This document shows, one piece after another, positions 27,478 through 36,823 of a DNA stretch of 64,000 nt. Made by a program: the position numbers and the translations under genes. Origin of the DNA: an uncultured Clostridia bacterium. Its GTDB lineage: Bacteria; Bacillota; Clostridia; Christensenellales; UBA1242. The notes under the pieces are model-generated. The model did no database searches. It was given only the letters and a program-made list of their open reading frames with translations, and was not told the origin of the DNA. Where the stretch lies: assembly GCA_944349895.1 (NCBI GenBank), contig CALVNQ010000002.1, positions 11,710-75,709 on the forward strand. The letters are read 5' to 3'. The first letter of the stretch is position 1. Each line of letters begins with the position of its first letter.

Positions 27478-29618
27478 AAAAAATATTTCATGGAAAAAAA
27501 GTGAATTCAAATTTAATTTGTGGCAAGCCTATGAAACAAATCCTGCTTGTCGGGAATCCTAATACTGGGAAAACAACATTATTTAATTCTCTCACAAAAT
27601 CTAATGAGCATGTCGGCAACTGGCATGGTGTCACTGTTGAAGAAAAAGGGAAAGAATTTGATTGTAATGGACAAAAGCTTATGCTGGTTGATTTGCCAGG
27701 CATATATTCTTTATCGTCTTTAAGTTATGAAGAACAAGTGGCTATTGATTATATCAGAGCACACCCAAAAACTAAAATTGTAAACATTTGTGATTTAAAT
27801 AATATTCAAAGAAATTTATCGCTGACATTAGGTTTATTAGAACTTGGCGCCGATGTTATTTTAGCTGTTAACTGTATGGATAAAAAGCCTCTAAATAAAA
27901 TTGATGCTCAAGGTTTATCTAGGCAACTCGGGATAGATGTTGTTCAAATTAATGCCGAAAAAGGTTGGGGGTTTGATATGCTTAAAAAAAGTATATTAAA
28001 ACCTTTTTCGCCTTCTTCTCGACCTAGCTATGTTAAATCTTTACCATTAAAACAAATTCAAAGAGATAATTTTTTATTAAACAAATATAAATTTGATGAA
28101 TTTTCTTTGATTAAAATTTTAGAACATGATGAATTTATTTTTAAAGAATTTGATCTAGATTATCAAAGTTTAAAATTGCCAGAGGACAGTATCGCTCTTG
28201 TTGCAAATGCTCGATATAACTTTATTTCACAACTTCAAAAAAAATATATACATTCTTCAGGAAAAATCTATGGGAAAAGTTTTATAGATAAAATTATTTT
28301 AAATCGATTTCTAGCATTACCAATTTTTTTATTAATTTTGTGTGGCATATTTTATATCACTTTTTTTTCACTAGGAGCTTGGCTTTCTGATTGTTTAAAT
28401 CATTTATTAGATATTTCTTTTGGAGAATGGATTGAAAAGTTCTGTTTTAATTCATTCGGTGAAAGTTCTTGGATAACCCACTTACTTTGTAACGCTGTTG
28501 TAGGTGGGGTCGGGACGGTTTTAAGCTTTTTGCCACAAGTAGTGATTTTGTTCTTTTTTTTATCTTTGCTTGAAGATAGCGGATATCTTTCTAGAGTTGC
28601 TTTCGCCAGTGAAGATATTTTTGGTAAACTAGGATTATCTGGTAAAAGTGTTTATACTCTATTAATGGGTTTTGGCTGTTCTACTTCTGCTGTTTTAACT
28701 GCCAGAAATATGGAGGATAAAAATTCTAAAATTAAAACTGCTCTTTTGACACCATATATGAGTTGTAGCGCCAAATTTCCTATTTATGTTGTTATTGGTG
28801 GAGCTTTTTTTGGTGCTAACAATATTTTTGTAATATTGGGATTATATTTGTTAGGTCTTGTTATTGCGGTTTTTTTAAGTTATATTTTAGAGAAAACTAT
28901 ATTAAGAAGTAAAGAACAATCTTTTATTTTGGAATTCCCTCCTTACCGAATTAGTGGGCCTAAAAGACTTTTTAATGTTTTATGGGAAAATATTAAGTTA
29001 TTTTTGATTAGAGTTGGTTCTCTCTTGATTTCCATGAATGTTATAGTTTGGATTTTATCTAATTTTTCATTTGATTTTTCATTTGTCCCAAGCAGTAATA
29101 AAGAAAGCATGCTGGAAGGCTTTGGCAAAATCTTAGCGCCAATATTTGTTCCTTTAGGCTTTGGAAGTTGGGGTATTGCTTCCGCTTTGATAGCTGGAAT
29201 TGTCGCAAAAGAAGTTATAATTTCTTCAATTGCAATGTTTAATCATATAAAAAACGAAAACTTAATTGGAGAATCTCTGTTCATAGAATCTAATATGGTT
29301 TATTTCCCAGGGCCTTCTTCGGTGTTAGCTTTTCTTGTTTTTGCTTTGCTTTATTGTCCTTGTATTTCTACGATGGCAGTTTTAAGCAAAGAAATAGGGA
29401 GGAAATGGACATTTTTAGGGATAGTTGCGCAATTTATAATTGCCTATGTTGTTGCTTTATTTACTTATAATGTTTTTGGCGCTTGCGAAAAATTTGGAGT
29501 TTTACCCGTTTTAATTGTATTTCTAGTTTTTATTATAATAGTTGTTTCATTTATTAAAATTTCTTCTGCTATTAAAAAATCAAAATGCTGTGCTAATTGT
29601 GATAAATGTAAGAAATAG
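27474..29618 (+). CDS. feoB: ferrous iron transporter FeoB
   Basis: N-terminal G-domain GNPNTGKTTLFN and DLPG, a polytopic membrane domain, and a Cys-rich tail CCANCDKC. Confidence 0.92.
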   Translation: MKKIFHGKKVNSNLICGKPMKQILLVGNPNTGKTTLFNSLTKSNEHVGNWHGVTVEEKGKEFDCNGQKLMLVDLPGIYSLSSLSYEEQVAIDYIRAHPKTKIVNICDLNNIQRNLSLTLGLLELGADVILAVNCMDKKPLNKIDAQGLSRQLGIDVVQINAEKGWGFDMLKKSILKPFSPSSRPSYVKSLPLKQIQRDNFLLNKYKFDEFSLIKILEHDEFIFKEFDLDYQSLKLPEDSIALVANARYNFISQLQKKYIHSSGKIYGKSFIDKIILNRFLALPIFLLILCGIFYITFFSLGAWLSDCLNHLLDISFGEWIEKFCFNSFGESSWITHLLCNAVVGGVGTVLSFLPQVVILFFFLSLLEDSGYLSRVAFASEDIFGKLGLSGKSVYTLLMGFGCSTSAVLTARNMEDKNSKIKTALLTPYMSCSAKFPIYVVIGGAFFGANNIFVILGLYLLGLVIAVFLSYILEKTILRSKEQSFILEFPPYRISGPKRLFNVLWENIKLFLIRVGSLLISMNVIVWILSNFSFDFSFVPSSNKESMLEGFGKILAPIFVPLGFGSWGIASALIAGIVAKEVIISSIAMFNHIKNENLIGESLFIESNMVYFPGPSSVLAFLVFALLYCPCISTMAVLSKEIGRKWTFLGIVAQFIIAYVVALFTYNVFGACEKFGVLPVLIVFLVFIIIVVSFIKISSAIKKSKCCANCDKCKK

Positions 29619-29686
29619 CTTATATTTTATTGTGAAAACTTAATTTATGTTTGCTTTTATTTCTTATTTTATGTTATTATTCTAAT

Positions 29687-30997
29687 ATGTCAAAACCTAT
29701 TGTCGCTGTTGTCGGCAGGCCTAATGTTGGCAAAAGCACTTTTTTTAACAAAATATGTGGGGAGCGTATTAGTATTGTTGATGATGTCCCTGGTGTTACC
29801 AGAGACAGAATTTATGCCGATGCAGATTGGGCAGGAAGAAGTTTTACTGTGATCGATACAGGTGGTCTCGATCCTAAAAGTGAAGATGTTTTTCAAAAAG
29901 AAATTGCTTTGCAAGCTGATATCGCTTTAGAAATGGCAGATGTTATTGTTATGATTGTTGATGGCAAAACAGGGGTTACTCTTGCAGACGAAATGTTGGC
30001 AAAAAAACTTAGAAAATATTCCACTCCGATCGTGTTGGTTGTTAATAAACTTGATCGTTTTGAAATCGCTGAAACATATGATTTTTATCAACTTGGGTTA
30101 GGAGTCCCGATGCCTCTTTCTTGTGAACAAGCAAAGGGTATTGGTGATGTTTTAGATTCCATCATTTCCCATTTTCCTCCTAAGACAATTGAAGAAGATG
30201 AAGAAGGAATATTAAAAATAGCCATAGTTGGCAGACCAAATGTTGGAAAGTCTAGTATTGTAAATCGTTTGTTGGGCGAGAAAAGAGTTGTGGTGAGTGA
30301 TTTGGAAGGAACAACAAGGGATTCTGTTATGGTTCCATTCAATTACAATAAGAAAAAATATTTTTTGGTTGATACAGCAGGTTTGAGAAGATCTAGAAGT
30401 GTGGAAAAAGAATCAGTTGAGGGATATTCTGTGCTTAGAACTTTGCGGGCCATTGAAAAGGCTGATGTGGTCGCAATTGTTGTTGATGCGAATGATAAAT
30501 TATCAGAACAAGATGTAAGAGTGGCCGGTTATGTACATGAGGCTGGCAAACCTAGTATTTTGATTATAAACAAGATTGATCTTTTTATGGGAGACAGAAA
30601 TGAAATTTTGAAGTCTTTTACAAAAGATCTCGCTTTTATGGATTACTTCATTCCCGTTTTTATTTCAGCTCTTAAAGGTACAAAAACCGGCGATATTATG
30701 CCAGCTATCTTAACAGCTTATGAAAATGGATCAAAAAGAATTAAAACTGGCATGTTGAATGAGATGCTGGCTGATGCTTTGTTAAATTTTGAACCACCTT
30801 CGAAAGGAGGGAAAAAAGCCAAGATCAAATATATTACTCAGGCTTCAACACTTCCTCCCACTTTTGTTTTGTTTAGTAACGAATCAAAATTAATCAATTT
30901 TTCTTATTTGAGATATTTAGAAAACAGATTTAGGGAAAAAATTGATTTTACAGGAACTCCTATAAAATTTGTTGTTAAATCAAAGGAGGAAGAATGA
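29687..30997 (+). CDS. der: ribosome-associated GTPase Der/EngA
   Basis: Two tandem G-domains (GRPNVGKST and GRPNVGKSS) plus a KH-like C-terminus. Start set at MSKPIVAVVG. Confidence 0.92.
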   Translation: MSKPIVAVVGRPNVGKSTFFNKICGERISIVDDVPGVTRDRIYADADWAGRSFTVIDTGGLDPKSEDVFQKEIALQADIALEMADVIVMIVDGKTGVTLADEMLAKKLRKYSTPIVLVVNKLDRFEIAETYDFYQLGLGVPMPLSCEQAKGIGDVLDSIISHFPPKTIEEDEEGILKIAIVGRPNVGKSSIVNRLLGEKRVVVSDLEGTTRDSVMVPFNYNKKKYFLVDTAGLRRSRSVEKESVEGYSVLRTLRAIEKADVVAIVVDANDKLSEQDVRVAGYVHEAGKPSILIINKIDLFMGDRNEILKSFTKDLAFMDYFIPVFISALKGTKTGDIMPAILTAYENGSKRIKTGMLNEMLADALLNFEPPSKGGKKAKIKYITQASTLPPTFVLFSNESKLINFSYLRYLENRFREKIDFTGTPIKFVVKSKEEE

Positions 30998-31761
30998 ACT
31001 ATTTATGGTTCGCACTTATTATAGTGATTTGTTATTTTATTGGTAATGTTAATTTTGCTAGATTAATAGCAAAAGCTTTTAGGCATGAAGATATAACGGC
31101 GAAAGGAAGTGGCAATCCAGGGACTATGAATGTTTTAAGAGTTTATGGTATTGGCTATGCTCTATTGACCTTAATTCTTGAATGTTTAAAATCTGGTATT
31201 CCAGCACTTGTTTGTGGGTATATAATGGCACAACAGAATTTGTTTGAAGTCGCTTTCTTAACTGCTGGGATATCGGTAGTTTTAGGGCATAACTTTCCTG
31301 TTTTTTATAAATTTAAGGGAGGAAAAGGAATCGCATGTGTTGCAGGTATGTTCTTTTTCAGTCCGTTGTGGTGGTTTGCGTTAATTATGTTTATTTTAGG
31401 TACTGTTTTCCTCTATTTTATTGATTATGCTTTTCTTGCATCTTTGCTTTTTGTGACTGTTATGACTATTGCTTGGTCAATTAATATTGGAGTTTTTCAA
31501 CCTGTATTGTGGTGGGTTTGTTTAATTATTCTCATTTTTAACTGGTTGTTAGCTGTAATTATGCATAGATCAAACATTGTTAGATTTGCCAAAGGGACAG
31601 AAAACCATACTAATTTTAGGTCAAAAGTTAATCGACTTTTCAGTAGAAAAGAAAAAATTATTGAAATGGATACCCCTCCAGAAAAAGAAATTATTATAGA
31701 AGATGAAAAAGATGAGGATTTGTGTGATCAGCAAGGTAATAACACATTAAATAAAGATTAA
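30994..31761 (+). CDS. plsY: glycerol-3-phosphate acyltransferase PlsY (with ~55-aa charged C-terminal extension)
   Basis: GSGNPGTMNV, HNFPVF and KGGKG motifs. Overlaps the der stop. Confidence 0.85.
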   Translation: MNYLWFALIIVICYFIGNVNFARLIAKAFRHEDITAKGSGNPGTMNVLRVYGIGYALLTLILECLKSGIPALVCGYIMAQQNLFEVAFLTAGISVVLGHNFPVFYKFKGGKGIACVAGMFFFSPLWWFALIMFILGTVFLYFIDYAFLASLLFVTVMTIAWSINIGVFQPVLWWVCLIILIFNWLLAVIMHRSNIVRFAKGTENHTNFRSKVNRLFSRKEKIIEMDTPPEKEIIIEDEKDEDLCDQQGNNTLNKD

Positions 31762-31776
31762 AAAAAATTTAACTTA

Positions 31777-31810
31777 AAAGAAGATCAATGTTGACCTTCT
31801 TTTTTATTTT
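31777..31810 (+). terminator. intrinsic terminator after plsY
   Basis: AAAGAAGATC...GACCTTCTTT imperfect stem followed by a T-run. Confidence 0.6.
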
Positions 31811-31826
31811 TTTACTTAAATTGGCG

Positions 31827-31855
31827 TCATATTTCTAATTTTTATCGCATAAATT
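31827..31855 (+). promoter_or_regulatory. sigma-E-type promoter candidate of spoIVA
   Basis: TCATATT-14 nt-CATAAATT compared with [TG][AC]ATA[AT][AT]-14-CATACA[AC]T. Matches 7/7 and 6/8, with exact spacing. Confidence 0.4.
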
Positions 31856-31877
31856 AAACTATCTTTGGAGGTCTTAT

Positions 31878-33356
31878 ATGGAAAAATTTGAAATCTATGA
31901 CGATATTAAGACTCGTACCAATGGCGAGATTTATGTCGGTGTTGTAGGGCCCGTTAGAGTAGGTAAATCAACCTTTATAACTGAATTTATGAAGAAACTT
32001 GTGCTTCCTAATATGACGGGCAAATATTCAAAAGAGAGAGCTATTGACGAATTACCTCAGTCCGCTGACGGTAAGACAATTATGACAACTCAACCTAAAT
32101 TTGTTCCTAATGAAGCAGTGCGAATTTCAGTTGCTGACAATGTTGATATGAAGGTTAGGCTTATTGATTGTGTGGGTTATTTGGTTAGTGGGGTTATGGG
32201 GCATATTGAAAATGATGAGCCACGTAAAGTAAAAACTCCTTGGTCTGATGAAGAAATGCCTTTTGAAGAAGCTGCAGAGCTTGGGACGAAAAAAGTTATG
32301 AGAGAGCATTCTACCGTAGGTATTGTTGTGACAACTGATGGCTCGGTTACTGAATTGCCTAGAGCTAACTATGTTGAGGCCGAAGAAAGAGTAGTTAACG
32401 AAATGAAGGAAAGTGGTAAACCTTTTGTTATTGCTTTAAACTGTAAAAACCCTGCATCTGTTGAAACAAAAAAATTGGCTTCATCTTTAGAGGAAAAGTA
32501 TCAGATACCTGTTGTGGCAATCAATGCTTTGGAAATGAAAGAAAATGATATAGACAAAGTTTTTGAAAAACTTTTATACGAATTTCCTGTTACTTCTATC
32601 AAATTAAAAATGCCTAAATGGTTGCAGGCCCTTTCTTTTGAAGATGATATTATTCAAGAAATAGCTAATGAAATGAAAGCTTTTTCTGAAGGTATGAGTA
32701 AATTGAGCGATGTTGACAAATCAAAGCTTGTTTTTACAGAAAGTCAATCTTTTGATCCGATAACTTTTTCAAATATAGAAATGGGGGAAGGGTCTGTTAA
32801 ATTTAACGTGATCCCTAAGGAAGGCCTATTTTATAGTGTGTTGTCTAAAGAATGTGGCTATCAAATTAATGATGACTTTGAACTTATTAATTATATCAAA
32901 CAACTTGCAGTTGCAAAATTAGAGTATGATAAATTGAAAACTGCTCTTGAAGAGGTTAGAGAGACCGGTTATGGAATTGTCGCACCAAGACAAGACGATT
33001 TCGTTCTTCAAGATCCAGAAATTGTTAGGCAAGGCTCAAGATATGGTGTTAAAATTAAAGCCAGTGCTCCAAGTTTGCATATTTTAAGAGTCGATGTGAA
33101 CACAGAAGTTACTCCTCTTGTTGGAACCGAACAACAAAGCCAAGATTTAGTTAGCGACCTTATCAATCAAATCCAAGAAAGCCCGGAATCAATTTGGGAA
33201 ACTAACATTTTAGGTAAAAGTCTTTCCTCACTAATTGGAGAAAATATAAATTCTAAAATTATTACTATGCCTCTTGATGCTCAACGAAAAATGAGAAAAA
33301 CTTTAGGGAGAATAGTTAACGAAGGCAAAGGTGGTATTATTTGTATTTTGCTATAA
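31878..33356 (+). CDS. spoIVA: stage IV sporulation protein A (coat basement-layer ATPase)
   Basis: MEKFEIYDDIKTRTNGEIYVGVVGPVRVGKSTFI (Walker A). Length 492 aa. C-terminal GGIICILL. Confidence 0.93.
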   Translation: MEKFEIYDDIKTRTNGEIYVGVVGPVRVGKSTFITEFMKKLVLPNMTGKYSKERAIDELPQSADGKTIMTTQPKFVPNEAVRISVADNVDMKVRLIDCVGYLVSGVMGHIENDEPRKVKTPWSDEEMPFEEAAELGTKKVMREHSTVGIVVTTDGSVTELPRANYVEAEERVVNEMKESGKPFVIALNCKNPASVETKKLASSLEEKYQIPVVAINALEMKENDIDKVFEKLLYEFPVTSIKLKMPKWLQALSFEDDIIQEIANEMKAFSEGMSKLSDVDKSKLVFTESQSFDPITFSNIEMGEGSVKFNVIPKEGLFYSVLSKECGYQINDDFELINYIKQLAVAKLEYDKLKTALEEVRETGYGIVAPRQDDFVLQDPEIVRQGSRYGVKIKASAPSLHILRVDVNTEVTPLVGTEQQSQDLVSDLINQIQESPESIWETNILGKSLSSLIGENINSKIITMPLDAQRKMRKTLGRIVNEGKGGIICILL

Positions 33357-33430
33357 AAAAACCGAACTATGTTCGGTTACATATTTTTTAGTTATTAACA
33401 CTTTTTACTGTTTTTACATATATCAAAAAC

Positions 33431-33535
33431 ATGAAAAAAGATGAAGAAAAACAATTTAAAATAATTTGTATAAAAGCACCTAAATGGATGCGCCCATTAC
33501 TAAAACCTTTTGTTAAAAAGGAATTAGAAAAATAA
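33431..33535 (+). CDS. candidate SpoVM-like micro-ORF (34 codons)
   Basis: MKKDEEKQFKIICIKAPKWMRPLLKPFVKKELEK. Residues 9-34 align to B. subtilis SpoVM (MKFYTIKLPKFLGG...) through the IK-PK[FW][LM] core. It lies between spoIVA and rpmB. Caveats: no clear SD, an N-terminal extension, and two Pro residues in the would-be helix. Confidence 0.3.
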   Translation: MKKDEEKQFKIICIKAPKWMRPLLKPFVKKELEK

Positions 33536-33575
33536 AACTATTTCGTAAGCTGTGCTCTTTTTGTTTCAGATAAAT

Positions 33576-33606
33576 AAAATTCCAAATCTTTTAAGATTTG
33601 GATTTC
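33576..33606. terminator. bidirectional terminator shared by the SpoVM-like ORF and rpmB
   Basis: CCAAATCTT-tt-AAGATTTGG flanked by A/T-rich runs. Confidence 0.6.
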
Positions 33607-33608
33607 AT

Positions 33609-33797
33609 TTATTTTGATTTTCTTGATTTTTTGATACATTTTGTGCATGCTTTAACTTTAGTTGGTTTTCCATTTATATCCATTGTTGTTTCTTGCAAGT
33701 TTAGTTCGAAGGTCCTGTTTGATTTATTTTCAGCATGGCTTACTTTATTGCCTGCCATTTTACCACGACCACATATATCACATACTCTTGACATCAT
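33609..33797 (-). CDS. rpmB: 50S ribosomal protein L28
   Basis: MSRVCDICGRGKMAGNKVSHAENKSNRTFELNLQ. AGGAGG SD. Confidence 0.93.
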   Translation of the reverse strand: MMSRVCDICGRGKMAGNKVSHAENKSNRTFELNLQETTMDINGKPTKVKACTKCIKKSRKSK

Positions 33798-33967
33798 TTA
33801 CCTCCTGTTGCAACTTTTTAGCACTGCAATTATATCATATCAAAAAAGTAAAATCAACCAAATAAATAATTTTTTTAAGAAACATTTAAAACTGTCTTTT
33901 TTTACTTGAAAAATTTTTTTCTTTATTGTAAAATATCATATACTGAATTTAAATAGGAGAGTTTAAT

Positions 33968-34318
33968 TTGACAGTTGATACTAACAACTATTACGGAAAT
34001 ATTTCTATAAGTGACAATGCCATTAGGGTTGTCGCAGGTTATGCCGTGCTTGATTGTTATGGCGTGATTGATCTTGTTTCCAGAACTTTTAAAGACAGTG
34101 CAAAAGAATTATTTAATAAAGAATCTTATTCTAAGGGTATTAAAGTTAAACATATTGATAATAGAATCTTTATTGATGTTTACTGCATTATGAAATATGG
34201 CGTTTCTATTAGCGCTGTGTCTGAGTCATTAAAAAAATCAGTCAAATATAGTGTAGAAAACTTTACAGGTATGATTGTAGATTCCGTCAATGTTCATGTC
34301 GTTGGCGTTAGAGTGTAA
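33968..34318 (+). CDS. Asp23/Gls24-family alkaline shock protein (YloU-like)
   Basis: GNISISDNAIRVVAGYAVLDCYGV is a typical Asp23 N-terminus. TTG start. Precedes the yloV-like gene, as in Bacillus. Confidence 0.8.
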   Translation: MTVDTNNYYGNISISDNAIRVVAGYAVLDCYGVIDLVSRTFKDSAKELFNKESYSKGIKVKHIDNRIFIDVYCIMKYGVSISAVSESLKKSVKYSVENFTGMIVDSVNVHVVGVRV

Positions 34319-34332
34319 ATATAGGAGATAAA

Positions 34333-35967
34333 ATGGTTAAGTCAATTAATGGTGCTACTTTTCGTAAAATGATTGTTGCAGGCGCTAGCCTTTTAGAGCA
34401 AAATAAAAAATATGTCGATTCACTTAATGTTTTTCCTGTCCCTGATGGAGATACCGGGACTAATATGTTTTTAACAATGAAATCGGCTGTGAATGAAATT
34501 GGTAAATGTTTAAGTGCTAACATAGACGAGCTTAGTGCAGCTTTCGCCAAGGGAGCTCTTAAGGGGGCTAGAGGAAACAGTGGGGTTATTACTTCGCAAA
34601 TTTTTAAAGGCTTTTGTTCTGTAACTGCTAAATATAATGAAATTAATACAAAAACTTTTGCTAAAGCCATGCAAGAAGGTGCGAATATCGCATATAAAGC
34701 AGTAACTAAACCTAAAGAAGGAACAATTTTAACAGTTATTAGAGTAATGGCTGAAAATGCAGTGAATATTGCCAAAAAAACCGATAACTTTGAGACTTTT
34801 TTTAAAAAAGTTTTAGAAACAGGAGAAGAAATTTTAAAGCAAACCCCAGAAATGCTTCCAGTTCTCAAAAAAGCCGGCGTTGTTGATGCCGGAGGTAGAG
34901 GAATTATTGTTATCTTTACAGGTTTTTATAAACTTATTATGGGTGACGAAAATTTGGAAGTGGTTTTTGATGATGAGAAACAGACTCAAACTGTTGATGA
35001 GGTTTTGGCTGATATTTCTAATCTTGAAGAAATCGAATTTGGTTATTGCACTGAATATATGATTGTTCATATGCACAAGAAGACTACAGAAGCAGACATT
35101 GACAAATTAAGACAAAAGCTTATGGAGTTTGGCGACAGCGTTATATGTATTGGTGATCTCTCTCTTGTTAAAGTTCATGTGCATTCTAATGAACCTAATA
35201 GGGCACTTGCTTATGCTTTAGAGCTTGGGGAACTTACTAATATTAAAATAGAGAATATGCGAGAACAAAACCGAGAATTAAAGAAAAAGGCAAGTTCTGT
35301 TGAAGAATCTAAAAATCTTGGTATAATTGCTGTTGCTCCAGGCGATGGGCTTTCAGCTATATTTAAAGATTTAGCAGTTGATGAAATAATTGTTGGTGGA
35401 CAAACTATGAACCCTAGCGCTGCTGACATTGCTGCTGCTGCTGATAAAGTCCCAGCTCGAACGGTTTTTGTTTTCCCTAACAATAAAAATATTATCCTCG
35501 CAGCTGAACAAGCTAACGAACTGACAAATAAAAATCTTGTTGTTATTTCAACAAGAAGTGTGCCAGAAGGCATTTCTGCTGCAATTGCGTTTAATCCTGA
35601 AGGAACGGTTGAAGAAAATGTTGAAGCAATGAATGATGCTATTAAAAATGTTAAGTCAGGTTCTGTTACTTATGCTGTAAGAGACACACATGTTGATGGT
35701 TTTGACCTTACCACAGGTGAAATCATTGGACTTGATGATAAGGCTATTTTGGCAAAGGGTAATTTAGTTTCTCAAACAACCGAAGATTTAATTGTTAAAA
35801 TGATGAATGATAACATTATGACTATAACTCTGTTTTATGGAGAAGACATTAAAGAAGAGGAAGCAAAAGCTTTGCAAGAAAAATTAGCAGAGAAATTCCC
35901 TGAATGCGAAGTTACTGTGGCTTATGGAGGACAACCGATATACTATTATTTAGTATCACTTGAATAA
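34333..35967 (+). CDS. DAK2 domain-containing protein YloV
   Basis: LNVFPVPDGDTGTNM and GARGNSGVI motifs of the DAK2/DhaL fold, plus the DegV-like C-terminal half. Confidence 0.85.
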   Translation: MVKSINGATFRKMIVAGASLLEQNKKYVDSLNVFPVPDGDTGTNMFLTMKSAVNEIGKCLSANIDELSAAFAKGALKGARGNSGVITSQIFKGFCSVTAKYNEINTKTFAKAMQEGANIAYKAVTKPKEGTILTVIRVMAENAVNIAKKTDNFETFFKKVLETGEEILKQTPEMLPVLKKAGVVDAGGRGIIVIFTGFYKLIMGDENLEVVFDDEKQTQTVDEVLADISNLEEIEFGYCTEYMIVHMHKKTTEADIDKLRQKLMEFGDSVICIGDLSLVKVHVHSNEPNRALAYALELGELTNIKIENMREQNRELKKKASSVEESKNLGIIAVAPGDGLSAIFKDLAVDEIIVGGQTMNPSAADIAAAADKVPARTVFVFPNNKNIILAAEQANELTNKNLVVISTRSVPEGISAAIAFNPEGTVEENVEAMNDAIKNVKSGSVTYAVRDTHVDGFDLTTGEIIGLDDKAILAKGNLVSQTTEDLIVKMMNDNIMTITLFYGEDIKEEEAKALQEKLAEKFPECEVTVAYGGQPIYYYLVSLE

Positions 35968-35971
35968 TATC

Positions 35972-35996
35972 AAACCGTTTTTATAACGGTTTTTTA
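35972..35996 (+). terminator. intrinsic terminator after yloV-like gene
   Basis: AACCGTT-tttat-AACGGTT followed by a T-run. Confidence 0.8.
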
Positions 35997-36015
35997 ATTT
36001 CTTTTTGAGGTATGT

Positions 36016-36783
36016 ATGTTAAGACTTGATAAATTTTTAGTTTCTAAGGGGTATTTCCCATCAAGAGAAAAAGCTCAACAATCTATTAAACAGGGGAAAG
36101 TTTTGGTAGATGGTAATCAAAAGTCCTCATCCTTTTTGGTTAAAGGTGATGAAATTATTCAAGTGAACGATGTTTGTAATTATGTTTCAAGAGGAGGATA
36201 TAAACTTTTAGGTGCTGTAAAAGAGTTTAATATTAATCTTAAGAATAGAATTGTTTTGGATATCGGTGCTTCGACAGGTGGCTTTACACAAGTTTGCTTG
36301 GAATATGGAGCTCAAAAAGTTTATGCTTTAGACGTAGGGACCAATCAACTTGCTTCGCTTATTAAAAATAATAAAAATGTTATTGATTTAAGTAAAACCG
36401 ATTTTAGAAAATTGGATAAACTGAGTGATGTAAATTTCATTGTCAGTGATGTTTCTTTTATTTCTTTAAAGCATATAGTTCCTAAAATAGTTAGTGATTA
36501 TGGAAATGTGGAAATGGTGGTTCTGTTCAAACCTCAATTTGAATGTGGCGAAATTGAAGCAAAAAAACATAATGGAGTTGTTAGAGATAAAAAGTTGCAT
36601 GTCAAATTATTAAATGATTTTATTGACTTTTTATTAAACTATAAAATAAGTGTATCAGGATTAACTTTTTCATCTGTGCTTGGCAAAAACGGAAACATTG
36701 AATATTTATTTTATTTAAACGGAAGTCAAAAAAAATCTTTTATTGTCGAAAATATTGTAGAGTTTGCATTTAATTATCTTTAA
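36016..36783 (+). CDS. tlyA: TlyA-family rRNA 2'-O-methyltransferase
   Basis: S4 domain (RLDKFLVSKGYFPSREKAQ) plus the FtsJ SAM motif VLDIGASTGGFTQV. Confidence 0.8.
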   Translation: MLRLDKFLVSKGYFPSREKAQQSIKQGKVLVDGNQKSSSFLVKGDEIIQVNDVCNYVSRGGYKLLGAVKEFNINLKNRIVLDIGASTGGFTQVCLEYGAQKVYALDVGTNQLASLIKNNKNVIDLSKTDFRKLDKLSDVNFIVSDVSFISLKHIVPKIVSDYGNVEMVVLFKPQFECGEIEAKKHNGVVRDKKLHVKLLNDFIDFLLNYKISVSGLTFSSVLGKNGNIEYLFYLNGSQKKSFIVENIVEFAFNYL

Positions 36784-36823
36784 GTTTGTGTCAAAATCTT
36801 AAAAAAAATAATATAAAATTTGC

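Noticed and set aside
33598-33909. 103-aa and 67-aa + strand ORFs.
   Set aside because: They are antisense to or overlapping rpmB and its leader. They are hydrophobic low-complexity shadow frames.
34308-34868. A 186-aa minus-strand ORF.
   Set aside because: It is antisense to the well-supported yloV (DAK2) gene. It has no SD and a composition typical of shadow ORFs.
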